Positions 16,253 through 31,200 of a stretch of DNA of 64,000 bases are shown here, one piece after another (position 1 is the stretch's first letter; each line of letters opens with the position of its first letter). The DNA is from the human T2T-CHM13v2.0 reference genome, Homo sapiens. Location: NCBI RefSeq assembly GCF_009914755.1, contig NC_060928.1, one strand, 5' to 3'. The notes beneath the pieces were generated by a model. It saw only the letters and a list, made by a program, of their open reading frames with translations, ran no database searches and had not been told where the DNA came from. Made by a program: the position numbers and the translations under genes.

Positions 16253-19200
16253 CCAGTATAAAATGTATAGTTTTCCTAATTGATATTTTATGTACAGAAT
16301 ATAGTTTGAGTACTTTGATATTTTATGTACACTTTATTATAAATGTTTGGGTACTTTCGTATTTTATGTACAGTATATAATACATACTTTGGTCTCTTTG
16401 ATGTTTTATGTACAGTATATAATACATACTTTGGGTTCTTTGATATTTTATGTGCAGAATATAATGCATAGTTTTAGGTACTTTTATATTTTATGTACAG
16501 TATATAATACATACTTTGGGTACTTTGATATTTTATGTACAGTATATAATACATACTTTGGGAACTTTGATATTTTATGTACAGTATGTAATACATACTT
16601 TGGGTACTTTGATATTTTATGTACAGTATACAATATATAGTTTGAGTACTTTGATATTTTATGTCCAGTATAAAATACATAGATTTCATACTTTGATATT
16701 TTATGTACAGAATATAGTTTGAGTACTTTGATATTTTATGTACACTTTATCATAAAAGTTTGGGTACTTTCATGTTTTACGTACAGTATATAATACATAC
16801 TTTGGGCACTTTGATGTTTTATGTACAGTATATAATACATACTTTGGGTTCTTTGATATGTTATGTACAGCATATAATACATAATTTGGGGACTTTTATA
16901 TTTTATGTACATTATATAATACATACTTTGGGTACTTTTATATTTTATGTACGGTATATAATACATACTTTGGGTACTTTGATATATTATGTACAGTATA
17001 TAATACATACTTTGGGTACTTTGATATATTATGTACAGTATATAATACATACTTAGGGTACTTTGACATTTTATGTACAGTACATAATACATACCTTGGG
17101 TACTTTGATATTTTATGTACAGTATATAATACATACTTTGGGTACTTTGATATTTTATGTACAGTATATAATACATGTTTTGGGTACTTTTATATTTTAT
17201 GTACAGTATATAATATATAGTTTGGGTACTTTGATATTTTATGTACGGTATATAATACATACTTTGGGTACTTTGATATTTTATGTTCAGTATATAATAC
17301 ATACTTTGGGTACTTTGATATTTTATGTACAGTATATAATACATACTTTGGGTACTTTGATATTTAATGTACAGTATATAATACACACTTTGCGTACTTT
17401 GATATTTTATGTAAAGTATGTAATACATACTTTGGGTACTTTGATATTTTATGTACAGTATGTAATACACGCTTTGGGTACTTTGATATTTTATGTAGAG
17501 TATGTAAAACATACTTTGGGTAGTTTGGTATTTTATGATCAGTATATAATACATATTTTGGGTACTTTGATATTTTATGTACAGTATATAATACATACTT
17601 TGGGTACTTTGATATTTTATGTACAGTATATAATGCATAATTTGGGTACTTCAATAGTTTATGCACAGTATATAATACATACTTTGGGTAATTTGATATT
17701 TTATGTACAGTATATAATGCATACTTTGGGTACTTTGATAGTTTATGTACAGTATACAATACATACTTTGGGTACTTTGATATTTTATGTACAGTATATA
17801 ATATGTAGTTTGGGTACTTTGATATTTTAACTACAGTATATAATACATACTTTGGGTACTTGGATATTTTATCTACAGTATATAATAGATACTTTGGGTA
17901 CTTTGATATATTATGTACAGTATATAATACATAGTTTGGTTACTTTGATATTTTTTGTACAGTATGTAAAACATACTTTGGGGAGTTTGATATTTTATGA
18001 ACAGTATATAATACACATTTTGGGTACTTTGATATTTTATGTACGGTATATAATACATACTTTGGGTACTTTGATATTTTATGTACAGTATATAATTCAT
18101 ACTTTGGGTACTTTGATATTTTATGTACAGTATATAATACATACATTGGGTACTTCGATATTTTATGTGCAGTACCCTATATATAGTTTGGGTACTTTGA
18201 TATTTTATGTCCAGTATAAAATAAATAGTTTTGGTACTTTGATATTTTATATACAGTATATAGTTTGAGTACTTTGATATTTAATGTTAAGTTTATTATA
18301 AATGTTTGGGTGCTTTCATATTTTATATACAGTATATAATACATACTTTGGGCACTTTGATATTTTCTGTACACTATATAATACATACTTTGGGTACTTT
18401 GATATTTTATGTACGGTATATAATACATACATTGGGTACTTTGATATTTTATGTACAGTATATAATATATAGTTTGGTTACTTTGATATTTTATATACAG
18501 TATATAATATATATTATGTGTACTTTGATATATTATGTACAGTATATAATATATAGTATGGGTTGTTTGATATTTTATGTACAGTATATAATATATAGTT
18601 TGGGTAGTTTGATATTTTTAGTACAGTATGTAATATATAGTTTGTTTTATTTGATATTTTATGTACAGTATACAATATATAGTATTGGTACTTTGATATT
18701 TCATGTAAAGTATATAGTTTGAGTACTTTGATATTTTATATGCAGTTTATTATAAATGTTTGGGTACCTTCATATTTTATGTAAAGTATATAATACATAC
18801 TTTGGGAACTTTTATTTTATGTGCAGTATATAATACATACTTTGGGTACTTTGATATTTCATGTACAGTATATAATACACACTTTGGGTACTTTGATATT
18901 TTATGTACAGTATATAATACACACTTTGGGTACTTTGATATTTTATGTACAGTATATAATACATACTTTGGGTACTTTGATGTATTATGTACAGTATATA
19001 ATACATACTTTGGGTACTTTGATATTTTATGTACAGTATATAATACATACTTTGGGTACTTTGATATTTTATGTACAGTATGTAATACACACTTTGGGTA
19101 CTTTGATATTTTATGTACAGTATGTAAAACATACTTTGGGTAGTTTGATATATTATGTACAGTATATAATACATACTTTGGGTACTCTGATATTTTATGT

Positions 19201-22200
19201 ACAGTGTATAATACATACTTTGGGTACTTTGATATTTTATGTACAGTATATAATTCATACTTTGGGTACTTTGATATTTTATGTACAGTATATAATACTT
19301 ACTTGGGGTATCTTGATATTTTATGTACAGTATATAATGCATACTTTGAGTACTTTGATATTTTATGTACAGTATGTAATACATACTTTGGGTACTTTGA
19401 TATTTTATGTATAGTATATAATACATACTTTGTGTAGTTTGATATTTTATGTACAGTATACAATATATAGTTTGAGTACTTTGATATTTTATGTCCAGTA
19501 TAAAATATATAGTTTTCCTAATTGATATTTTATGTACAGAATATAGTATGAGTACTTTGATATTTTATGTACACTTTATTATAAATGTTTGGGTAATTTC
19601 ATATTTTATGTACAGTATATAATACATACTTTGGTCTCTTTGATGTTTTATGTACAGTATATAATACATACTTTGGGTTCTTTGATATTTTATGTGCAGA
19701 ATATAATGCATAGTTTTAGGTACTTTTATATTTTATGTACAGTATATAATACATACTTTGGGTACTTTGATATTTTATGTACAGTATATAATACATACTT
19801 TGGGTACTTTGATATTTTATGTACAGTATATAATACATATTATTGGTACTTTGATATTTTATGTACAGTATACAATATATAGTTTGAGTACTTTGATATT
19901 TTATGTCCAGTATAAAATACATAGATTTCATACTTTGATATTTTATGTACAGAATATAGTTTGAGTACTTTGATATTTTATGTACACTTTATCATAAAAG
20001 TTTGGGTACTTTCATATTTTACGTACAGTATATAATACATACTTTGGGCACTTTGATGTTTTATGTACAGTATATAATACATACTTTGGGTTCTTTGATA
20101 TGTTATGTACAGCATATAGTACATAATTTGGGGACTTTTATATTTTATGTACATTATATAATACATACTTTGGGTACTTTTATATTTTATGTACGGTATA
20201 TAATACATACTTTGGGTACTTTGATATATTATGTACAGTATATAATACATACTTAGGGTACTTTGACATTTTATGTACAGTACATAATACATACTTTGGG
20301 TACTTTGATATTTTATGTACAGTATATAATACATACTTTGGGTACTTTGATATTTTATGTACAGTATATAATACATCTGTTGGGTACTTTTACATTTTAT
20401 GTACAGTATATAATATATAGTTTGGGTACTTTGATATTTTATGTACGGTATATAATACATACTTTGGGTACTTTGATATTTTATGTACAGTATATAATAC
20501 ATACTTTGGGTACTTTGATAATTTATGTACAGTATATAATACACACTTTGCGTACTTTGATATTTTATGTAAAGTATGTAATACATACTTTGGGTACTTT
20601 GATATTTTATGTACAGTATGTAATACACGCTTTGGGTACTTTGATATTTTATGTAGAGTATGTAAAACATACTTTGGGTAGTTTGGTATTTTATGATCAG
20701 TATATAATACATATTTTGGGTACTTTGATATTTTATGTACAGTATATAATACATATTATTGGTACTTTGATATTTTATGTACAGTATACAATATATAGTT
20801 TGAGTACTTTGATATTTTATGTCCAGTATAAAATACATAGATTTCATACTTTGATATTTTATGTACAGAATATAGTTTGAGTACTTTGATATTTTATGTA
20901 CACTTTATCATAAAAGTTTGGGTACTTTCATATTTTACGTACAGTATATAATACATACTTTGGGCACTTTGATGTTTTATGTACAGTATATAATACATAC
21001 TTTGGGTCCTTTGATATGTTATGTACAGCATATAGTACATAATTTGGGGACTTTTATATTTTATGTACATTATATAATACATACTTTGGGTACTTTTATA
21101 TTTTATGTACGGTATATAATACATACTTTGGGTACTTTGATATATTATGTACAGTATATAATACATACTTTGGGTACTTTGATATATTATGTACAGTATA
21201 TAATACATACTTAGGGTACTTTGACATTTTATGTACAGTACATAATACATACTTTGGGTACTTTGATATTTTATGTACAGTATATAATACATACTTTGTG
21301 TACTTTGATATTTTATGTACAGTATATAATACATGTTTTGGGTACTTTTACATTTTATGTACAGTATATAATATATAGTTTGGGTACTTTGATATTTTAT
21401 GTACGGTATATAATACATACTTTGGGTACTTTGATATTTTATGTACAGTATATAATACATACTTTGGGTACTTTGATATTTTATGTAGAGTATATAATAC
21501 ATACTTTGGGTACTTTGATATTTAATGTACAGTATATAATACACACTTTGCGTACTTTGATATTTTATGTAAAGTATGTAATACATACTTTGGGTACTTT
21601 GATATTTTATGTACAGTATGTAATACACGCTTTGGGTACTTTGATATTTTATGTAGAGTATGTAAAACATACTTTGGGTAGTTTGGTATTTTATGATCAG
21701 TATATAATACATATTTTGGGTACTTTGATATTTTATGTACAGTATATAATACCTACTTTGGGTACTTTGATATTTTATGTACAGTATATAATGCATAATT
21801 TGGGTACTTCAATAGTATATGCACAGTATATAATACATACTTTGGGTAATTTGATATTTTATGTACAGTATATAATGCATACTTTGGGTACTTTGATAGT
21901 TTATGTACAGTATACAATACATACTTTAGGTACTTTGATATTTTATGTACAGTATATAATATGTAGTTTGGGTACTTTGATATTTTAACTACAGTATATA
22001 ATACATACTTTGGGTACTTTGATATTTTATCTACAGTATATAATAGATACTTTGGGTACTTTGATATATTATGTACAGTATATAATACATAGTTTGGTTA
22101 CTTTGATATTTTTTGTACAGTATGTAAAACATACTTTGGGGAGTTTGATATTTTATGAACAGTATATAATACACATTTTGGGTACTTTGATATTTTATGT

Positions 22201-25200
22201 ACGGTATATAATACATACTTTGGGTACTTTGATATTTTATGTACAGTATATAATTCATACTTTGGGTACTTTGATATTTTATGTACAGTATATAATACAT
22301 ACTTTGGGTACTTTGATATTTTATGAACAGTATATAATACATACTTTGGGTACTTTGATATTTTATGTACTGTATATAATACATACTTTGGGTACTTTTA
22401 TATTTTATGTACAGTATATAATATATAGTTTGGGTACTTTGATATTTTATGTACGGTATATAATACATACTTTGGGTACTTTGATATTTTATGTATAGTA
22501 TATAATACATACTAAGCGCACTTTGATATTTTATGTACAGTATATAATACATACTTTGGTTACTCTGATATTTTATGTACAGTGTATAATACATACTTTG
22601 GGTACTTTGATATTTTATGTATAGTATATAGTTTGAGTACTTTGATATTTTATGTACAGTTTTTTATAAATATTTGGGTGCTTTCATATTTTATGTACAG
22701 TATATAATACATACTAAGCGCACTTTGATATTTTATGTACAGTATACAATACATACTTTGGTTACTCTGATATTTTATGTACAGTGTATAATACATACTT
22801 TGGGTACTTTGATATTTTATGTACAATATATAATACATACGTTGGGAACTTTGATATATTATGTACATTATATAATTCATACTTTGGGTACTTTGATATT
22901 TTATGTACAGTATATAATACATAGTTTGTGTACTTTGATATTTTATGTACAGTATATAATACATACTTTGGGTACTTTGATATTTTATATACAGTATATA
23001 ATACATACTTTGGGTACTTTCATATTTTATGTACAGTATATAATATATAGTTTGGGTACTTTGATATTTTATCTACAGCTTATAATACATACTTTGGGTA
23101 CTTTGATATTTTATGTACAGTATATAATACATACTTTGGGTAGTTTGATATTTTATGTACAGTATACAATATATAGTTTGAGTACTTTGATATTTTATGT
23201 GCAGTATAAAATATATAGTTTTGGTACTTTGGTATTTTATGTACAGTTTATAGTTTGAGTACTTTGATATTTTATGTACAGTTTATTATAAATGTTTGGG
23301 TACTTTCATATTTGATGTACAGTATTTAATACATAATTTGGGCACTTTGATATTTTATGTACAGTATATAATACATACTTTGGGTACTTTTCTATTTTAT
23401 GCACAGTATATAATACATACTTTGTTTACTTTGATATTTAATGTACAGTATATAATACACAGTTTGCGTACTTTGATATTTTATGTAAAGCATGTAATAC
23501 ATAATTTGGGCAGTTTGATATTTTATGTACAGTATGTAATACACACTTTGGGTACTTTGATATTTTATGTACAGTATGTAAAACATACTTTGGGTAGTTT
23601 GATATATTATGTACAGTATATAATGCATACTTTGGGTACTCTGATATTTTATGTACAGTGTATAATACGTACTTTGGGTACTTTGATATTTTATGTACAG
23701 TATATAATACATACATTGGGTACTTTGATATATTATGTACAGTATATAATACTTACTTGGGGTACTTTGATATTTTATGTACAGTATATAATACATACTT
23801 TGTGTACTTTGATATTTTATGTACAGTATATAATACATACTTTGGGTACTTTGATATTTTATGTACAGTATATAATACATACTTTGGGTATCTTGATATT
23901 TTATGTACAGCATATAATGCATACTTTGGGTACTTTGATATTTTATGTACAGTATATAATGCATACTTTGAGTACTTTGATATTTTATGTACAGTATGTA
24001 ATACATACTTTGGGTACTTTGATATTTTATGTATAGTATATAATACATACTTTGTGTAGTTTGATATTTTATGTACAGTATACAATATATAGTTTGAGTA
24101 CTTTGATATTTTATGTCCAGTATAAAATGTATAGTTTTCCTAATTGATATTTTATGTACAGAATATAGTTTGAGTACTTTGATATTTTATGTACACTTTA
24201 TTATAAATGTTTGGGTACTTTCATATTTTATGTACAGTATATAATACATACTTTGGTCTCTTTGATGTTTTATGTACAGTATATAATACATACTTTGGGT
24301 TCTTTGATATTTTATGTGCAGAATATAATGCATAGTTTTAGGTACTTTTATATTTTATGTACAGTATATAATACATACTTTGGGTACTTTGATATTTTAT
24401 GTACAGTATATAATACATACTTTGGGAACTTTGATATTTTATGTACAGTATGTAATACATACTTTGGGTACTTTGATATTTTATGTACAGTATACAATAT
24501 ATAGTTTGAGTACTTTGATATTTTATGTCCAGTATAAAATACATAGATTTCATACTTTGATATTTTATGTACAGAATATAGTTTGAGTACTTTGATATTT
24601 TATGTACACTTTATCATAAAAGTTTGGGTACTTTCATATTTTACGTACAGTATATAATACATACTTTGGGCACTTTGATGTTTTATGTACAGTATATAAT
24701 ACATACTTTGGGTTCTTTGATATGTTATGTACAGCATATAATACATAATTTGGGGACTTTTATATTTTATGTACATTATATAATACATACTTTGGGTACT
24801 TTTATATTTTATGTACGGTATATAATACATACTTTGGGTACTTTGATATATTATGTACAGTATATAATACATACTTTGGGTACTTTGATATATTATGTAC
24901 AGTATATAATACATACTTAGGGTACTTTGACATTTTATGTACAGTACATAATACATACCTTGGGTACTTTGATATTTTATGTACAGTATATAATACATAC
25001 TTTGGGTACTTTGATATTTTATGTACAGTATATAATACATGTTTTGGGTACTTTTATATTTTATGTACAGTATATAATATATAGTTTGGGTACTTTGATA
25101 TTTTATGTACGGTATATAATACATACTTTGGGTACTTTGATATTTTATGTTCAGTATATAATACATACTTTGGGTACTTTGATATTTTATGTACAGTATA

Positions 25201-28200
25201 TAATACATACTTTGGGTACTTTGATATTTAATGTACAGTATATAATACACACTTTGCGTACTTTGATATTTTATGTAAAGTATGTAATACATACTTTGGG
25301 TACTTTGATATTTTATGTACAGTATGTAATACACGCTTTGGGTACTTTGATATTTTATGTAGAGTATGTAAAACATACTTTGGGTAGTTTGGTATTTTAT
25401 GATCAGTATATACTACATATTTTGGGTACTTTGATATTTTATGTACAGTATATAATACATACTTTGGGTACTTTGATATTTTATGTACAGTATATAATGC
25501 ATAATTTGGGTACTTCAATAGTTTATGCACAGTATATAATACATACTTTGGGTAATTTGATATTTTATGTACAGTATATAATGCATACTTTGGGTACTTT
25601 GATAGTTTATGTACAGTATACAATACATACTTTGGGTACTTTGATATTTTATGTACAGTATATAATATGTAGTTTGGGTACTTTGATATTTTAACTACAG
25701 TATATAATACATACTTTGGGTACTTGGATATTTTATCTACAGTATATAATAGATACTTTGGGTACTTTGATATATTATGTACAGTATATAATACATAGTT
25801 TGGTTACTTTGATATTTTTTGTACAGTATGTAAAATATAGTTTGGGGAGTTTGATATTTTATGAACAGTATATAATACACATTTTGGGTACTTTGATATT
25901 TTATGTACGGTATATAATACATACTTTGGGTACTTTGATATTTTATGTACAGTATATAATTCATACTTTGGGTACTTTGATATTTTATGTACAGTATATA
26001 ATACATACATTGGGTACTTCGATATTTTATGTGCAGTACCCTATATATAGTTTGGGTACTTTGATATTTTATGTCCAGTATAAAATAAATAGTTTTGGTA
26101 CTTTGATATTTTATATACAGTATATAGTTTGAGTACTTTGATATTTAATGTTCAGTTTATTATAAATGTTTGGGTGCTTTCATATTTTATATACAGTATA
26201 TAATACATACTTTGGGCACTTTGATATTTTCTGTACAGTATATAATACATACTTTGGGTACTTTGATATTTTATGTACGGTATATAATACATACATTGGG
26301 TACTTTGATATTTTATGTACAGTATATAATATATAGTTTGGTTACTTTGATATTTTATATACAGTATATAATATATATTATGTGTACTTTGATATATTAT
26401 GTACAGTATATAATATATAGTATGGGTTGTTTGATATTTTATGTACAGTATATAATATATAGTTTGGGTAGTTTGATATTTTTAGTACAGTATGTAATAT
26501 ATAGTTTGTTTTATTTGGTATTTTATGTACAGTATACAATATATAGTATTGGTACTTTGATATTTCATGTAAAGTATATAGTTTGAGTACTTTGATATTT
26601 TATATGCAGTTTATTATAAATGTTTGGGTACCTTCATATTTTATGTACAGTATATAATACATACTTTGGGAACTTTTATTTTATGTGCAGTATATAATAC
26701 ATACTTTGGGTACTTTGATATTTCATGTACAGTATATAATACACACTTTGGGTACTTTGATATTTTATGTACAGTATATAATACACACTTTGGGTACTTT
26801 GATATTTTATATACAGTATATAATACATACTTTGGGTACTTTGATGTATTATGTACAGTATATAATACATACTTTGGGTACTTTGATATTTTATGTACAG
26901 TATATAATACATACTTTGGGTACTTTGATATTTTATGTACAGTATGTAATACACACTTTGGGTACTTTGATATTTTATGTACAGTATGTAAAACATACTT
27001 TGGGTAGTTTGATATATTATGTACAGTATATAATACATACTTTGGGTACTCTGATATTTTATGTACAGTGTATAATACATACTTTGGGTACTTTGATATT
27101 TTATGTACAGTATATAATACATACTTTGGGTACTTTGATATTTTATGTACAGTATATAATACTTACTTGGGGTATCTTGATATTTTATGTACAGTATATA
27201 ATGCATACTTTGGGTACTTTGATATTTTATGTACAGTATATAATGCATACTTTGAGTACTTTGATATTTTATGTACAGTATGTAATACATACTTTGGGTA
27301 CTTTGATATTTTATGTATAGTATATAATACATACTTTGTGTAGTTTGATATTTTATGTACAGTATACAATATATAGTTTGAGTACTTTGATATTTTATGT
27401 CCAGTATAAAATATATAGTTTTCCTAATTGATATTTTATGTACAGAATATAGTTTGAGTACTTTGATATTTTATGTACACTTTATTATAAATGTTTGGGT
27501 AATTTCATATTTTATGTACAGTATATAATACATACTTTGGTCTCTTTGATGTTTTATGTACAGTATATAATACATACTTTGGGTTCTTTGATATTTTATG
27601 TGCAGAATATAATGCATAGTTTTAGGTACTTTTATATTTTATGTACAGTATATAATACATACTTTGGGTACTTTGATATTTTATGTACAGTATATAATAC
27701 ATACTTTGGGTACTTTGATATTTTATGTACAGTATATAATACATATTATTGGTACTTTGATATTTTATGTACAGTATACAATATATAGTTTGAGTTCTTT
27801 GATATTTTATGTCCAGTATAAAATACATAGATTTCATACTTTGATATTTTATGTACAGAATATAGTTTGAGTACTTTGATATTTTATGTACACTTTATCA
27901 TAAAAGTTTGGGTACTTTCATATTTTACGTACAGTATATAATACATACTTTGGGCACTTTGATGTTTTATGTACAGTATATAATACATACTTTGGGTTCT
28001 TTGATATGTTATGTACAGCATATAGTACATAATTTGGGGACTTTTATATTTTATGTACATTATATAATACATACTTTGGGTACTTTTATATTTTATGTAC
28101 GGTATATAATACATACTTTGGGTACTTTGATATATTATGTACAGTATATAATACATACTTTGGGTACTTTGATATATTATGTACAGTATATAATACATAC

Positions 28201-31200
28201 TTAGGGTACTTTGACATTTTATGTACAGTACATAATACATACTTTGGGTACTTTGATATTTTATGTACAGTATATAATACATACTTTGGGTACTTTGATA
28301 TTTTATGTACAGTATATAATACATGTTTTGGGTACTTTTACATTTTATGTACAGTATATAATATATAGTTTGGGTACTTTGATATTTTATGTACGGTATA
28401 TAATACATACTTTGGGTACTTTGATATTTTATGTACAGTATATAATACATACTTTGGGTACTTTGATATTTTATGTACAGTATATAATACATACTTTGGG
28501 TACTTTGATATTTAATGTACAGTATATAATACACACTTTGCGTACTTTGATATTTTATGTAAAGTATGTAATACATACTTTGGGTACTTTGATATTTTAT
28601 GTACAGTATGTAATACACGCTTTGGGTACTTTGATATTTTATGTAGAGTATGTAAAACATACTTTGGGTAGTTTGGTATTTTATGATCAGTATATAATAC
28701 ATATTTTGGGTACTTTGATATTTTATGTACAGTATATAATACCTACTTTGGGTACTTTGATATTTTATGTACAGTATATAATGCATAATTTGGGTACTTC
28801 AATAGTATATGCACAGTATATAATACATACTTTGGGTAATTTGATATTTTATGTACAGTATATAATGCATACTTTGCGTACTTTGATAGTTTATGTACAG
28901 TATACAATACATACTTTAGGTACTTTGATATTTTATGTACAGTATATAATATGTAGTTTGGGTACTTTGATATTTTAACTACAGTATATAATACATACTT
29001 TGGGTACTTTGATATTTTATCTACAGTATATAATAGATACTTTGGGTACTTTGATATATTATGTACAGTATATAATACATAGTTTGGTTACTTTGATATT
29101 TTTTGTACAGTATGTAAAACATACTTTGGGGAGTTTGATATTTTATGAACAGTATATAATACACATTTTGGGTACTTTGATATTTTATGTACGGTATATA
29201 ATACATACTTTGGGTACTTTGATATTTTATGTACAGTATATAATTCATACTTTGGGTACTTTGATATTTTATGTACAGTATATAATACATACTTTGGGTA
29301 CTTTGATATTTTATGAACAGTATATAATACATACTTTGGGTACTTTGATATTTTATGTACTGTATATAATACATACTTTGGGTACTTTTATATTTTATGT
29401 ACAGTATATAATATATAGTTTGGGTACTTTGATATTTTATGTACGGTATATAATACATACTTTGGGTACTTTGATATTTTATGTATAGTATATAATACAT
29501 ACTAAGCGCACTTTGATATTTTATGTACAGTATATAATACATACTTTGGTTACTCTGATATTTTATGTACAGTGTATAATACATACTTTGGGTACTTTGA
29601 TATTTTATGTATAGTATATAGTTTGAGTACTTTGATATTTTATGTACAGTTTTTTATAAATATTTGGGTGCTTTCATATTTTATGTACAGTATATAATAC
29701 ATACTAAGCGCACTTTGATATTTTATGTACAGTATACAATACATACTTTGGTTACTCTGATATTTTATGTACAGTGTATAATACATACTTTGGGTACTTT
29801 GATATTTTATGTACAATATATAATACATACGTTGGGAACTTTGATATATTATGTACATTATATAATTCATACTTTGGGTACTTTGATATTTTATGTACAG
29901 TATATAATACATAGTTTGTGTACTTTGATATTTTATGTACAGTATATAATACATACTTTGGGTACTTTGATATTTTATATACAGTATATAATACATACTT
30001 TGGGTACTTTCATATTTTATGTACAGTATATAATATATAGTTTGGGTACTTTGATATTTTATCTACAGCTTATAATACATACTTTGGGTACTTTGATATT
30101 TTATGTACAGTATATAATACATACTTTGGGTAGTTTGATATTTTATGTACAGTATACAATATATAGTTTGAGTACTTTGATATTTTATGTGCAGTATAAA
30201 ATATATAGTTTTGGTACTTTGATATTTTATGTACAGTTTATAGTTTGAGTACTTTGATATTTTATGTACAGTTTATTATAAATGTTTGGGTACTTTCATA
30301 TTTGATGTACAGTATTTAATACATAATTTGGGCACTTTGATATTTTATGTACAGTATATAATACATACTTTGGGTACTTTTCTATTTTATGCACAGTATA
30401 TAATACATACTTTGTTTACTTTGATATTTAATGTACAGTATATAATACACAGTTTGCGTACTTTGATATTTTATGTAAAGCATGTAATACATAATTTGGG
30501 CAGTTTGATATTTTATGTACAGTATGTAATACACACTTTGGGTACTTTGATATTTTATGTACAGTATGTAAAACATACTTTGGGTAGTTTGATATATTAT
30601 GTACAGTATATAATGCATACTTTGGGTACTCTGATATTTTATGTACAGTGTATAATACGTACTTTGGGTACTTTGATATTTTATGTACAGTATATAATAC
30701 ATACATTGGGTACTTTGATATATTATGTACAGTATATAATACTTGGGGTACTTTGATATTTTATGTACAGTATATAATACATACTTTGTGTACTTTGATA
30801 TTTTATGTACAGTATATAATACATACTTTGGGTACTTTGATATTTTATGTACAGTATATAATACATACTTTGGGTATCTTGATATTTTATGTACAGCATA
30901 TAATGCATACTTTGGGTACTTTGATATTTTATGTACAGTATATAATGCATACTTTGAGTACTTTGATATTTTATGTACAGTATGTAATACATACTTTGGG
31001 TACTTTGATATTTTATGTATAGTATATAATACATACTTTGTGTAGTTTGATATTTTATGTACAGTATACAATATATAGTTTGAGTACTTTGATATTTTAT
31101 GTCCAGTATAAAATGTATAGTTTTCCTAATTGATATTTTATGTACAGAATATAGTTTGAGTACTTTGATATTTTATGTACACTTTATTATAAATGTTTGG

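Noticed and set aside
18220-18225. Plus-strand AATAAA in the TATAAAATAAATAG variant
   Set aside because: A single substitution propagated by duplication; no supporting evidence of use.
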